DNA from: Octopus vulgaris
Taxonomy: Eukaryota
NCBI GenBank assembly: GCA_951406725.2
Contig: OX597816.1
Span: 158,658,001-158,722,000 of the forward strand
DNA length: 64,000 nucleotides
Direction: 5' to 3'
Shown: one piece after another, positions 1 to 13,384 of the stretch
How positions within the stretch are numbered: the first letter of the stretch is position 1
Layout: each line of letters opens with the position of its first letter
Notes under the pieces: generated by a model
The model's input: only the letters and a program-made list of their open reading frames with translations
The model's database searches: none
What the model was told of the DNA's origin: nothing
Translations under genes and position numbers: made by a program

Positions 1-98
1 AAAAAACATTATTACAATAATGTATTTGAATAAGGAGGTAAATAGCAGAATTGATAGAGAGCCTGACAAAATGTCTTGTTGAATTTAGTTATATCCCT

Positions 99-324
99 TT
101 AACCCTTTTGTTACCATATTTCTGTTGAGATGTTTTGTGTTTCTTTCAATTACTTTAAATAGAACAAAGAATTTAGTAAAACTTAGTTATCATTAAGCAA
201 GTATTAGGAACATAAATTGTGACTAAGGTTTGATGGAAGATTTTAATTCAAAACTTATGAAAACAAGACATTTGTACTATAAAGCCAGAGGCGGTTTCAG
301 CTGGGTTGGTATCAGAAGGGTTAA
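99..324. mobile_element. piggyBac-like MITE (TTAA-CCCTTT...AAGGG-TTAA)
   Basis: Terminal inverted repeats starting CCCTT, flanked by TTAA; about 225 bp; further copies at 5.1, 10.3-11.0 and 23.7 kb. Confidence 0.7.
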
Positions 325-1180
325 ATTCAGACTTCAAATCCTGTTAATTACTGGAGTCATTTTAAACCTTTTATACCAAACTGCCTTAGACTGCTTTTGG
401 TTTTAAAGTGATCGAAATTAAAACATTCCTTCTAAATTTCATGTTAATTTATCTTCCAAATACCAGCCTAATAATGACAATTGTTTTTGTGCACTTTCCA
501 TACTGGCTGGCATGTGTAGGAAAGGTCATTACAAATTGAATTAGTTCTTATTTAGAGAGAGTGCTCTCATAGGTAGGTCAGAAAGTTACATATCACTTGT
601 ATATTTCATTTTTGGCTTGATTTTCATGGTTGTATGCTTTTCCTAACACCAACCACATTACATCATTTGTGAGGTAATTAAAATTGGTTGCAGGTGTATG
701 TTTACTAATTATATGTGTATTTTTGTCCTAGTATAAAATTTTCTGAATCTAAAAATGAAATCATTTAATTTTAACCTTAAATTTCATCATCATCGTCGTT
801 TTTAGTGACCGCTTTTCTCTGTCCACATAAGACGGATGGAGTCTACTGAGGCTGATTTTCTACAGTCACATGCCTTTCCTATCACCAATTCTTAACTGTT
901 TCCAAGCAAGGTAATATTTCCCCATGGCCAGACATACTTTTGCACTGATGTTCATTTACAGTTATCACACAATGTCAAAACAAATTGACACATGCACACT
1001 CATTCACACATTTAAACTGGGCTTCTACCAGTTTCCATCTACCAATTCAACTCACAAGGCTCTGGTTGCCCAAGGTGCCATGCTGTGAAACTAAGCTCAA
1101 AACCATGTAATTAGGAAGCAAGCTTCTTTACCACATAGCTACAGATTCACATCTTAATGCTGCTTAATATCTGCTCTTAA

Positions 1181-1365
1181 GGTGGTGAGCTGGCAGAAGC
1201 ATTAACAGGCCAGACAAAATGGATAGTAGCATTTCATCCTGCTTCACATTTTGAGTTCAAATTCTGCCAAGGTCAGCTTTGCTTTTCATTCTTTTGGGAC
1301 AAATAAAATAATAGGCTTATCCCCAATCCTGAAATTGCTGGCCTTGTGCCAAAATTTGAAACTAA
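1181..1365 (+). mobile_element. CORE/MIR-like tRNA-derived SINE
   Basis: ggtggtgagctggcagaa head, B box gagttcaaattc, core ctttgcttttcattcttttggg; homologous copies at 5.7-6.1, 34.5-34.7 and 54.8-55.5 kb. Confidence 0.7.
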
Positions 1366-1655
1366 TATTTACTTTAAAACACATTAAATGAAAACTGCTT
1401 GCCATACATTTTAGTGTATATCTTTGTATAAAATTAAGAGTAGATAATAGAACTTAATTTGTAAGTTATAATTTAATATAAATAAACTTCATTTATTGGG
1501 AAATGGTTATTTTTGTTGTAATTTGGCCCCAGATCAGGAATAATCAAGCATCCTTTCAGCCAAAGAAGTCCTAGCCATGAACCAGCCAAATCTTCAATTC
1601 CTTTCAATATTTTACAATATATTTCTTTTTTTTTTTGTGTGTGTGTTCCCTAAAG

Positions 1656-1948
1656 CAGTAGTTCCAATACTTTTTCAGGCCACATTTTTAGTGCCCCCAC
1701 CACAAATATAGACCCCTTTCTGCAACAAATTCAAAACAACTGTATTTCACTAATAAAACTCAAACCTAATTAACCTATTAACCTAGGCGCAGGAGTGGCT
1801 GTGTGGTAGGTAGCTTGCTTACCAACCACATGGTTCCCGGTTCAGTCCTACTGCGTGGCATCTTGGGCAAGTGTCTTCTACTATAGCCTCAGGCCAACCA
1901 GAGTCTTGTGAATGGAATTGGTAGACAGAAACTGAAAGAAGCACATCG

Positions 1949-2001
<53 letters not shown>

Positions 2002-2338
2002 TTGTGTGTCTGTGTTTGTCCCCCAACATCGCTTGACAACAAATGCTGGTGTGTTTATGTCCCCATAACTTAGCAGTTCGGCAAAAGAGACTGATTGAAT
2101 AAGTACTAGTCTTACAAAGAATAAGTCTTGGGGTCGATTTGCTCGACTAAAGGCGGTGCTCCAGCATGGCCGCAGTCAAATGACTGAAACAAGTAAAATA
2201 GTAAAAGAGTAATATTTTTTTTTTACATCTATCACCCCATTTTGGCCATCCCATGTATCATCCCACTTTTCTTCAATGCTCCTTTGGATCCCCCCCGCCC
2301 CACCAAAGGGGTAGTATTTCCCACATTGAGAACTACTG
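1656..2338. mobile_element. hAT (Charlie-type) MITE interrupted by a SINE
   Basis: TIRs cagtagttccaa / ttgagaactactg; 8-bp TSD ccctaaag / cccgaaag (1 mismatch). Confidence 0.7.
1786..2210 (+). mobile_element. tRNA-derived SINE family A (ggcgcaggagtggctgtgtgg head, aagtaaaagag tail)
   Basis: A/B-box-like head, internal (TA)n/(TG)n; near-identical copies at 16.9, 33.5, 35.1, 54.3, 59.6 and 60.4 kb. Confidence 0.9.
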
Positions 2339-2859
2339 CCCGAAAGCACTTTACTTTTATTAACTTGTTATTTACATTAGATATCCTGAAATGTAGTAGG
2401 GTAGCCCTACAAATCCCATCACCTCATTAGACACCTATCTGGAGCAGTAATCTTCTTAAAGGTGGCTTTACCTTGAATATATTAACAAGTTGCAGCATGA
2501 ATACATTTTCTCATCAACTCCATTCTAATCTAAACAAAATGAAAGCTAATCTAAACAAAACTGTCAATGTCAGGGAATTTTCTTTATTCCTTCTTTTTTT
2601 CCCTTTATTTTATTTCATTTCAGAAACAAAAATATAAATCAATCAAAAAAAAAAAAAAATCAACATTGCCTCAAATATTTCTCCATGCAAACTTTACTTT
2701 GTTAAATGAGTCCAAACATGGAAAGCATTTTGTTTGTTAAATTTCATTTCTTTCAGCAAAGTTGGTATTGACCTATGACCAGAAATGGGAAGGACAATTC
2801 ACAATTGCTTTTGTTATTGCTTTCTTCTTTGTCTGTTTGTGCATGTGTGTTTGTGTGTG

Positions 2860-3025
2860 TGTATCTATGTCTGTCTATCCATCTGTCTATCATTCCATCC
2901 ATCCATCTGTCTGTCAATCTGTCTATCGTTCTATCTGTCTGTCTATCATTCTATCTGTCTGTCTATCATTCTATCTGTCTGTCTATCTATCATTCTATCT
3001 GTCTGTCTATTTATCTATCTATCTG

Positions 3026-3084
<59 letters not shown>

Positions 3085-3133
3085 GTCTGTCTGTCTGTCT
3101 ACCTATCTGTCTGTCTGTCTACCTATCTATCTA

Positions 3134-3172
<39 letters not shown>

Positions 3173-3315
3173 GTCTGTCTGTCTACCTATCTATCTGTCT
3201 GTCTGTCTACCTATCTATCTGTCTGTCTGTCTACCTATCTATCTGTCTGTCTGTCTACCTATCTGTCTGTCTGTCTGTCTACCTATCTGTCTGTCTGTCT
3301 GTCTATCTATCTATA

Positions 3316-3348
<33 letters not shown>

Positions 3349-3385
3349 ATCTATCTGTCTGTCAGTCTATCCATCCATCCATCAG
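2860..3385. repeat. Compound (CTAT/CTGT/CCAT)n microsatellite
   Basis: Direct reading; explains the three overlapping LSIY ORFs. Confidence 0.97.
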
Positions 3386-4080
3386 CTAGCATGTTGTCCA
3401 TACTTAACATGGGTTAGATGGTATGACAAGAGCTGGCAAGCTAGCGAGCTGCACCAAGCTCCAATTGTTTTTTAGCCATAGTTTCTACAGCTGGATACCC
3501 TTCCTGACACTAACCACTTTACTGAGTATACTGGGTGTCTTTTACAAGGCACCGGCATGAGTGCATTTTACATGGCACCAGCACGGGTAGAGAGAGAGAG
3601 AGAGGGAGAGAGATACAAGAAATTACTATAAACACATTTATATTATTTGTTTCTCCACACATTTCCCCATTGTGGTTATCTGGAACTTCAGCATTGGATG
3701 ATCCAAGTACAATTGGGTGTGTAACCACAACGCATCATCTGGGAACCACTTTATTGCATTATGTTCACAGGAAACTAATGTTGTGGTTAAGCATTCAACT
3801 GCACTTGGAAACATCCAAAGCAGAGTTTCAAAGAACCACAGTGGTAAAACGTACACAGGAACAAATGGTGTATTCTGTTTATCATAATTTCTCTGCATTT
3901 GCTTAGTATATCATAACTAATAAGACTACTCAATAGCAACCTAACCACTATACTGGAAGTAGACTGGATGATGATAATCTAGGTGGAGCTCTGAACTTAA
4001 CAGTAGCAACTATTGAAAATTTAAATATTTATGAAAATATTTTCATAAATAAACTGAAGAGGAGGAAATAAAATAAAAAT

Positions 4081-4410
4081 CATCATCATCGTTATTTAAC
4101 GTCTGCTGTCCACACTGGCATGGGTTGGACGTTTTGACTGAGGGCTGGTAAGCCAGAAGGCTGCATCAGGCTCCAATCTGATTTGAGAAAATTTTTATAG
4201 CTGGATGACCTTCCTAATGCCAACCACGCCAAGAGTGTAGTGGATGCTTTTTACATGCCACCAGCATGAGGGCCAGTCAGGCGGTAGTAGCATCGACCAT
4301 GCTTGAATAGTGCTTTTTACATGTCGCTGGCACAGGAGCCAGTCAGGCAGCACTGGCTACGACCATGCTTGAATGGTGCTTTTCTAAGTGCCACCAGTTT
4401 GGGACCAGTC
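4081..4410 (-). mobile_element. RTE-LINE-tail-related repeat ending in (GAT)n
   Basis: catcatcgttatttaacgtc...catgggttggacg motif with internal gtgcttttta.gtgccacc repeats; many copies in the window. Confidence 0.75.
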
Positions 4411-4588
4411 AATCAAGAACAAAATGTGTTCAAAAACTGAAATTAGCATTCAATTAAAACAAAAATAAAATTTGCTATAGAAATGTATTATTTCTATTTT
4501 TGAAATCAGTGAATGCATTTCACTAGAATAATTATTATATGTTTACAAGGGCTAGATAGGTATCTCCAACTAGCAAGTCATGCTACTC

Positions 4589-4627
4589 CAGACTGAAGAT
4601 GAGCAACGACTCAGAAACTAGTCTCTG
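4589..4627 (+). ncRNA. Minimal type-I hammerhead ribozyme fold
   Basis: CAGA-CTGAAGA-TGAG(caacga)CTCA-GAAAC-TA-GTC-TCTG: intact core, stems I and II, GUC cleavage triplet. Confidence 0.65.
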
Positions 4628-5088
4628 AATGCTGGCTTAGCTGGGTGGAGGTGCTTATCTCCCCCTTGTAAACATAAGGACACAGGAAATATGTCAAGGC
4701 TGACAAAGAGCAGTGCTGCTTCCTCAGGCTAAATAGCAGTAATATTATTCCCTTCATTGGGACTGTCACATTAAATTGACAGCATACAAAATTAGCTGTT
4801 TTACTAATTTGCATTAAATTACAGTTTTTGTTTTAACCTTTTTGATACTAACCCTAACCACTCCTGGTTCTATGATACAAACTTCTTGCTTTAACCCTCT
4901 AATATTCAGATTACTCTGTCAAATCCATGTCCATTTATTCACATTGGTTTGAATTAATCAGGCATTATTGGATAATTTTGAAATATTGGATGATGTGACT
5001 ATTTTTAAAATTGTAGGGTTGGTGAGAGGCCAGATCTGACCAGTTTGAACATAAAACATGTTGAAAATAGGGGCCAGATATGGCCTTT

Positions 5089-5420
5089 TAACCCTTTCAT
5101 TACTGTATTAATTTTGAGATGCTCTGTGTTTCTTTCAATTAAATATAACAAAGAATTTAGTAAAATAACTTAGTTATCATTAAGCTAGTGCTAGGAACAT
5201 AAATTGCAATTAAGGTTTGGTGGAAGATTTTAATTCAAAACTTATGAAAACAAGGCATTTGTACTACAGAGCCAAAGGCGGTTTCTGCTGGGTTGGTATC
5301 AAAAGAGTTAAGAATTGTTTCTCTATTATATATTTTAACCCTTTTGTTACTATATTTCTGTTGAGATGCTCTGTGTTTCTTTCAATTAATTTTAAATATA
5401 ACAAAGGATTTAGTAAAATA
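5089..5420. mobile_element. piggyBac-like MITE plus truncated second copy
   Basis: TTAACCCTTT...AGAGTTAA, spacer, then TTAACCCTTTTG start of another copy. Confidence 0.7.
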
Positions 5421-6094
5421 ACTGGCAAGGTTTCTACAGCTGGATGCCCTTCCTAATGTCAACCACTCTGAGAGTGTAGTGGGTGCTTTTTACCTGCCAC
5501 CGGCATGAGGGCCAGTTAGGCAGCATTGGCATCAACCCCACATAATAATAGTAGTAATAATATGTGCCTAGTGTACTCTTATCAGATGGGTAGTCATGAT
5601 GGGTATATTGGACTTCATATATTTTACCCCAGTGTCACTTTGATGGCATGCACTGCTCTCTCACTCAATAATAATAATAATCATAATGATAATTTCAAAT
5701 TTTTGCCACAAAGCAGCAATTTTGAGGGAGGGGATGAGTCAATTACATCAACCGCAGTGTTCGACTGGTACTTATTTTATCGACCTTGGAGGAACTTGAA
5801 CTCAGAATGTAGCGATGGGTGAAATACTTCTAAGCATTTCATCCGGTGTGTTAACGATTCTGTCAGCTCGCCGTCTTAATATCAAAATAATGATTTCAAA
5901 TTCTAGAACAAGGTCAGCAATTTAGGGAGAGGAGTTAAGTTGATTTCACTGACCCTCAGGGAATTAACTGGTACTTATTTTATCAACCCCGAAAGGATGA
6001 AAGGCAAAAATCAACCCCAGCTGAATTTGAACTCAAAACAAAGACAAATGAAATGCCGCTAAGCATTTTGTCTGGTGTGCTAATGATTGTGCTA

Positions 6095-6418
6095 GCGATC
6101 ATGAGTACAACACCTTCGTGTCTATGCCATGCGCTGTCACATACAATAATGATAATAATAATGGACATCAAAGAGAGTCTGTTTTCTGCCTCGTCCAGGA
6201 ATTGAACCCACAATCTAGTGATCATGAGTACAACACCCTCATGACTAGGCCATGTGCTGTCACATTCAATAATAATAATGGACATCAAAGTGAGTCTGTT
6301 TTCTGCCTAGTCCAGGAATTGAACCCACAATTTAGCGATCATGAATACAACACCCTCATGGCTAGGCCATGCACCTTCACATACAATAATAATGGACATC
6401 AAAGAGAGTTTGTTTTCA
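6095..6418 (-). repeat. About 2.7 tandem copies (~120 bp) of a tRNA-like SINE head
   Basis: Units begin at 6095, 6216 and 6333. The minus strand shows tggcctagtcatgagg (A-box-like) and gggttcaattcc (B box). Confidence 0.75.
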
Positions 6419-7067
6419 GTAGTAATACTGATAAATACGTTAGTCCCTGAAGCTCAGTTTGGCATTAAGGAAAATAACAGTTGTGACATCAGGTTATAGA
6501 GAAAGTTATGCAGGCGCGCTTACATTAAGAAATAGCCCTCAGCAATCTGCAATTTGAAAGCAGTGAAATATTTCAGGTACATTTCAGCTGGTTAATTGTT
6601 TAACGGATCAAATTCCTTTGTGAGCCATCAACACAATAATTATAGTAGGTGCAGAGAGAGATTATGGATAGCAAGAGGGAGGTGGGGGTAAAGAATGGGA
6701 GTTGTAGGTGGAGAGGAAGGAAAGAGAGAGTGGCAACGAAGTGGCAAAATGGTGGTGGTGGAGTTGGTGGTAGCGGTGTGATGGGGTGGGGGTGTAATAT
6801 ACTTGTAGCAGTGGTGGTGGTGGTGGAGACATTATTGTGAGTAGTAAAGGTGGGAAAATGGTAGTGGCTAATGATGGAGGTGGTGGTAGTAGTAGCTGTG
6901 GTAATGATAGTGGTGATGGTGGCAGAGGGGGAGCACAATTAACTAACAGAGGGAAAAATAAATCAAAACAAAATCACACAGTTTTTATTTTCAGTGTGTG
7001 TGTGTGCATGCCTCTATGTGTGTGTGCATGAGGGAGAAAGCAAGAGGAAGGTAGATAGAGAGGGGAG

Positions 7068-7212
<145 letters not shown>

Positions 7213-7369
7213 GAGAGTATTTGTGTGTGTAACAGATACAGAAAGATTGAGAAAGGGAGGTGAATGAGGTGATAACTACAAAGTAAATGATATCTTTCAT
7301 GTCTAGTATAGAAATGATTAAACTTGAATTTAGACACAAAATAGAACTGTGACAATTTTAAGATATCAA

Positions 7370-7406
<37 letters not shown>

Positions 7407-7517
7407 TATTATGATTTGGATTTTGTTCAATACATCAGCCAAATCTTTCTGAGTTGACCTTCCTATTTCATTTTTTTCCAAGAAAAACTCTGCTTTAATG
7501 AGAGTAGAAGGTTTCCC

Positions 7518-7766
7518 CATGCCGGTGGCATGTAAAAAGCACCATCCGTCCGTGGCCGTTTGCCAGCTCCGTCTGGCTCCTGTGCTGGTGGCACGTAAAA
7601 AGCACCCACTACACTCACAGAGTGGTTGGCGTTAGGAAGGGCATCCAGCCGTAGAAACACTGCCAGATCAGACTGGGCCTGATGCAGCCTTCTGGCTTCA
7701 CAGACCCCAGTTGAACTGTCCAACCCATGCTAGCATGGAAAGCGGACGCTAAATGATGATGATGAT
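7518..7766 (+). mobile_element. RTE-tail-related repeat, young copy with (GAT)n tail
   Basis: ggtggcacgtaaaaagcacc repeats, then ccaacccatgctagcatggaaagcggacg and gatgatgat. Confidence 0.8.
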
Positions 7767-7984
7767 CGCCAAGGTCTTCATTCATGCTCTTCAGTAAAAA
7801 ATGGGACCACCCTCAAATCACACACTTCTGAAAGGAAGGACACATTAGATAATGTAATCCCAGATATACTGTGTTTGAAAAGACAGACAAGATGGTCAGG
7901 GATGGAACACCTTTGATTGTAGGTCTACTTCATTGGGGCTGATCTGAGGTTAAGTGACAATAACATCAAAATATACATAAGTAA

Positions 7985-8022
<38 letters not shown>

Positions 8023-8165
8023 ATACAAGCTTCAACATGGTTTCCATCGTCTCAAATTACCCACAAGATATTGATCAGCCAATGCCATAGAAGACACTTG
8101 CCCTAGGTACTGCAAAGCTACATAGTTTGTAAAGCAAGCTTCATAACAACACAGCCATGCCTGCA

Positions 8166-8217
<52 letters not shown>

Positions 8218-9529
8218 AAACCCATAAGCTAGGCCCTTGAGCTACTGTTACTCTTGACTCTGTCTTCATATCATGTGTCAAGAGGAGAGCAATATGGCAA
8301 AGATTATAGGCCAAAACCTGAAAAGCCAGGCACAACAAAATGACATGGCTAAACTGTGAACAGAATCTGATGTGAAGATTTAGCTAGGCTGTGTATTAAC
8401 AGCACTCCACAGGTATTAGGATAATATAGATAGTTTTCTCCTTAACTATGTGGTTTAGCAGTTCAGTTCCCACAGAAGTACCATTGTACGAGTAAGTGGC
8501 TTCTACGATAGCCCCAGATCAACCAAAGCCATGTTAGTGAATCTGGTAGAGAGAAACTGAAAGCAACCTATTCTTTTGAAGTATTAATAAATTATGAAGA
8601 CTATTCTAAGACTATGATAAATAGACAAATATTATAGGTGTAAGAGAGTAGAATGGTGGAGTGGGTTATTTACTGTGTTAAATTTGGTATCAAATCATGC
8701 CAGAACCTTTCTCCATAACAAAATAATAACATTCTAAGCACTGGTGATAGTGCCACCTGAAAAGCACTGGTGATGGTGTCACTTTGTAAAGTGGTTGTTA
8801 TAAAGGAAGGGCATCCAGCTATAGAAACAAGGCTAAAACAGACTATGGAGCCTGGTGTGGCTTCTGGCCTTGCTAGCTCCTCTCAAACTGTGCAACACAT
8901 GATAGCATGGAAAACGGACATTAATGATGATGACAATGACGATGACAATATTAGGGAAAGAAATTAATTTTATATGTTTTGTTTGTCAACAAAGCATATT
9001 GGTATACAGTGGCTGATGCCAGTGCCGCCTGACTGGCTCCCATGTCACTCTCGGAGTGGTTGGCATTAGGAAGGGCATCCAGCTGTAGAAACGCTGCCAG
9101 ATCAGACTGGAGCCTGGTGTGGTCTCCTGGCTTGCCAGTCCCCAGTCAAACCATCCAACCCATGCCAGCATGAAAAACGGATGTTAAACAATGATGATGA
9201 TGATGAACATTTTGTCTAGAAGTTGTATGCTAAGGAGTATATGCTTGAAGAAAGATCTAAAAATTCACCCCCGCCCCACACATACATATAGGTAAAAAAC
9301 AAAAAAAAAACGATCCAGTTAGATAGTTGGGGGTCTATATGAGCAAGAATAATTGTATTTAACAACAAAATTATTTAAGTTGATAAGCTCTAGATAGGGG
9401 AAATGTTGGAAACTTTCCCTCAAATCAGTGTCACAGCATGGCTGCAGTCCAATGACAGAGAAAAGTAAAAATAGAGTATAAAGATACATACATACATACA
9501 TACATACATACAGACAGACAGACAGACAT

Positions 9530-10020
9530 GGGATAGAGAAGAGAAACTTTACACAGTTGTGGAAATTAGCTGCCCAGCAGATGTTAACAAAGCTGAAGAT
9601 CAGTGAAAAGGAGAACACCTATGTTGAACTGTTGAGAAATCTGCAGTTACTCTATCCAGATTACAAGTTCACGTTTATACCTGTAATTATTGGGGCCCTG
9701 GGATATATAACACACTGCCTAAATACCAATCTTGAGAAATTAGGCTTCTGAAAACCAGAAAGGAGAAAGCTAATTCGAAGGCTACAGATCCGGAACTGTT
9801 AAAATCTGTAAAACTTTCCAGAAGTTCATTTAAATATATATGAGCATATCTAGATGTGTAACTCTATGCATGAGAATACATACATAAAACACAAATCTGC
9901 AGATACATGCAAACGTACCCTGTTGTTAATGTTGAAATTCTAATGAAGGAACCTTGGATCTAGGATAGAAACCCGTTCTTTATTGGAAAGAAGTCTTGAA
10001 ATAAACTGGATAATGATATA
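9530..10020 (+). mobile_element. 5'-truncated RLE-type non-LTR retrotransposon (R4/Dong-like) 3' end
   Basis: KENTYVELLRNLQLLYPDYKFTFIPVIIGALG matches the restriction-like endonuclease C-terminus; embedded in (TACA)n. Confidence 0.6.
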
Positions 10021-10303
10021 CATACATATGCTGTATAAGCTTGGCTTTATAAATTAATGTAATAAACCTAAATACATAAAACAGAGTACTTATGTTTTTT
10101 ATTAACCAAAGAACTGCAGCAAATCAATGGTCATGCATGGTGGCATCTAATCAGTGTTGTGACATCCTGTTGTGTAACACACACAAGCAATGGGTATCTT
10201 GAGGTTTTAAATTTGAATAACATGACTCACTAAAAAACTGTGTCAAGAAGGTGGTTTCATACCTTAAATGTAGGGAGATAGAGTGGTGAAGATTATAGAA
10301 GCA

Positions 10304-10984
10304 TTAACCCTTTTGTTACTGCATTTATTTTGAGATGCTCTGTGTTTCATTCAATTACTTTAAATATAATGAAGAATTTAGTAAAATAACTTAGTTATCA
10401 TTAAGCTAGTGTTAGAAACATAAATTGTGACTAAGGTTTGGTGGAAAATTTTAATTCAAAACTTGTGTAAACAAGACAGTTGCACTACAGATCCAGAAGT
10501 GGTTTTAGGTGGGTTGGTATCAAAAGGGTTAAATTAATAATTTGTTAACCCTTTTGTTACCATATTTCTGTTGAGATGCTCTCTGTTGCTTTCAATTTAT
10601 TTTAAATGTAACAAAGAATTTAATAAAATAATTCAGTTATCATTAAGCGGGTATTAGGAACATAAATTGCGAGTAAGGTTTGGTGGAAGATTTTAATTCA
10701 AAACTTATGAAAACAAGACATTTGTACTACAGAGCCAAAGGCGGTTTCTGCCAGGTTAGTCTCAAAAGGGTTAAGAATTGTTTCTCTATTATATATTTTA
10801 ACCCTTTTGTTACCATATTTTTGTTGAGATACTCTGTGTTTCTTTCAATTGATTCTAAATATATGTTAGGAACATAAATCGCAACTAAGTTTTGGTGGAA
10901 GATTTTAATTCAAAACTTATAAAAACAAGACATCTGTACTCAGAGCCAGAGGTGGTTTCAGCTGGGTTGGTAATGAAAGGGTTA
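10304..10984. mobile_element. Cluster of three piggyBac-like MITE copies
   Basis: TTAA-CCCTTT...AAAGGG-TTAA at 10304-10532, 10545-10774 and 10798-10985. Confidence 0.75.
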
Positions 10985-11075
10985 AACACCATAGGTTTAG
11001 TGCTTCCTGAGTGCACTTATCAAGTGTGTGTAAATTGGGATGCCAAAGGAATAAACAATTATTTGTCATCCCAAT

Positions 11076-11175
11076 TTCTTATGAAGCTCTGTACTCAATT
11101 GATGTTTTGTTCTAAAACTTATGTATAGGGAGTTCCAACACCAGGTTGTTAGAATTGGTGTGCCAATGGGAAGTT
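11076..11175 (+). mobile_element. Penelope-like RT fragment
   Basis: Frameshifted ...LMFCSKTY / YREFQHQVVRIGVPMGS resembles the Penelope RT G.(A/P)MGS motif. Confidence 0.45.
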
Positions 11176-11312
11176 TTTTTATTCTTTTATTTGTTTCAGT
11201 CCTTACACTGCGACCATGCTGGAGCACCACCTTTGCCAAACCGCTGAGTTGCAGGGACGTAAACATAACATCATGTGTCAAGCATGAGTGGGGGCACAAA
11301 CACAAAGACATA

Positions 11313-11357
<45 letters not shown>

Positions 11358-11563
11358 GTATATTCTTTTATTTGTTTCAGTCATTTGACTGTGGCCATGC
11401 TGGAGCACTGCCTTTACTTGAACAAATTGACCTCAGGACTTATTCTTTGTAAGCCTAGCACTTATTCTATCAGTATTTTTGCTAAACCGCTAAGTTACGG
11501 GGACGTAAACACACTGACATCAATTGTCAAGCGATAGTGGGGGGATAAGCACAGACACACAAA

Positions 11564-11620
<57 letters not shown>

Positions 11621-12050
11621 TTGAAAAAATGACTAGAGATGGCTTCTGGGGGATATAGTTTTTATTTTAATGATAATGTTTACAGTTACTTTAATGAATT
11701 TTGAGCTTTTCTATAGCTGTTTTCAAACTGAAATTCTGTGGTTTAAAAGGTTGTTTATATAGCAAAAGATTTTTTCTTACAAGTATATAAATATACATAC
11801 ATATATATATATATATATATGTACATATACATACACATGTATAAATCTGTCCATCTCATGATAGCATAGAAAGTGGACATAAAGTGGTGATGATCATATC
11901 TCAACTATATCTGTATCTATCTACCTATCCATATGCACACACACACACACATCAACTAGTACATACATTTGTCCAAACTTTTCTAACATGATGAATAGCA
12001 AACATGAAATAATGGCAGTTTTTTTTTTTTTTTTTCCTCTCCGATGGCCG

Positions 12051-12111
12051 GATAGCTGAAGAGATAGCGGCGTGGATTTCCACCCCGACATCCGAAACTC
12101 GGAGTTTTATC
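12051..12111 (+). ncRNA. Type-I hammerhead fold with long stem II
   Basis: GATAG-CTGAAGA-[imperfect 31-nt hairpin]-GAAAC-TCGGA-GTT-TTATC; CpG-rich; followed by (TA)n. Confidence 0.6.
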
Positions 12112-12148
12112 ATGGCTACCAAATGATTGTCACATATTACATTTACAG

Positions 12149-12186
<38 letters not shown>

Positions 12187-13204
12187 AGATAGATATATAG
12201 GAAATGGAGTGTGGAGGACACAATCAGTGGATCACTGGACAAACTAATTTGTGGTATCTGGTTTTGTCCTTTTATGTTCTGATTTCAAATTCCACTCAGG
12301 TTCATTTTGCTTTTCACTCATATGGGCTCAATAAAATAGATATAATAGTTGTTGGAATCGATTGTACTCTCACAAGGTGTTGCCCCAGTATGGCCATAAT
12401 ACAGTGACTGAAACCATCTTTTACTTATCTTGGTCATTAGACTAAAACAAGTAAACAAAATGCTGGGGCTTCGCCTTAAAAAATTTTTAGTCGAATGAAT
12501 TGACCCAATCCTTAGTTTTTTTTTTTAAAGCTTACTACTTATTCTACCAGTCTCTTTTGATGAACTACTAAGTTATGCGGGACATAAACACACCAACACT
12601 GGTTGTCAAAATGGTGGTGGACAAACACACACACACACACACACACAAAGGTTTCATTTCAATTTCTGTCTACCAAATCAACTCAAGGCTTTGGTTGGCC
12701 TGAAGCAAGGCGCCACACAGTTGGATTGAACCTGGAACTATGTGGAGGAGAAAGCTTCTTACCACTCAGCCATGCTGTTGAAGGAAAAAGGGATGAAAAA
12801 ATTCAAACAAATACTTAGAGATCAAAGCACTCTGTAGAGATCAAACCCAGCAAACTAAATTGTCCAGGAAATGCCACAGTAACTTATGTGGGTTGTAAAT
12901 ACACTTTCTGCCACCAGTTCAGTTCTTGGTGGTGTCACAGAGGCATTACAATGCATATTGAGAAATTTTAGATGTAACAGAACCCATTTCTCCCTAGGTC
13001 CATCAATTACCGATTTCTTAAAGAAAGGAAAATAGGCAGAAATTAAAAAAAAACAACAAAAAAAAAACAGGAAAATAAATCCGAGTACAGATTTGGGAGT
13101 TTATCAACATCGAAATGATGACAGAGAAAGTTGGCCTTGGTGAAACATGAATTCAGAATGCAGAGCGTCAAAACAATTACCACAAGACAATCTACACACA
13201 CACA

Positions 13205-13254
<50 letters not shown>

Positions 13255-13274
13255 TATTTTGTTTGAGTCAGTTT

Positions 13275-13322
13275 CTTGCTACTCTGAGTTTCATCAATAT
13301 GTGCACAGGATCTTCAGACAAG
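13275..13322 (-). ncRNA. Type-I hammerhead fold (stem II imperfect)
   Basis: Minus strand CTTGT-CTGAAGA-tcctgtgcacatattgat-GAAAC-TCAGA-GTA-GCAAG, between two (TA)n tracts. Confidence 0.55.
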
Positions 13323-13327
13323 TTACA

Positions 13328-13384
<57 letters not shown>

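Noticed and set aside
2762-3475. Long overlapping ORFs (LSIY/SVCL repeats); similar ORFs at 45090-46040
   Set aside because: Stop-free translations of tetranucleotide microsatellites.
3535-3906. 123-aa ORF, possible transposase remnant
   Set aside because: Starts in repeat sequence and has no motif I can assign confidently.
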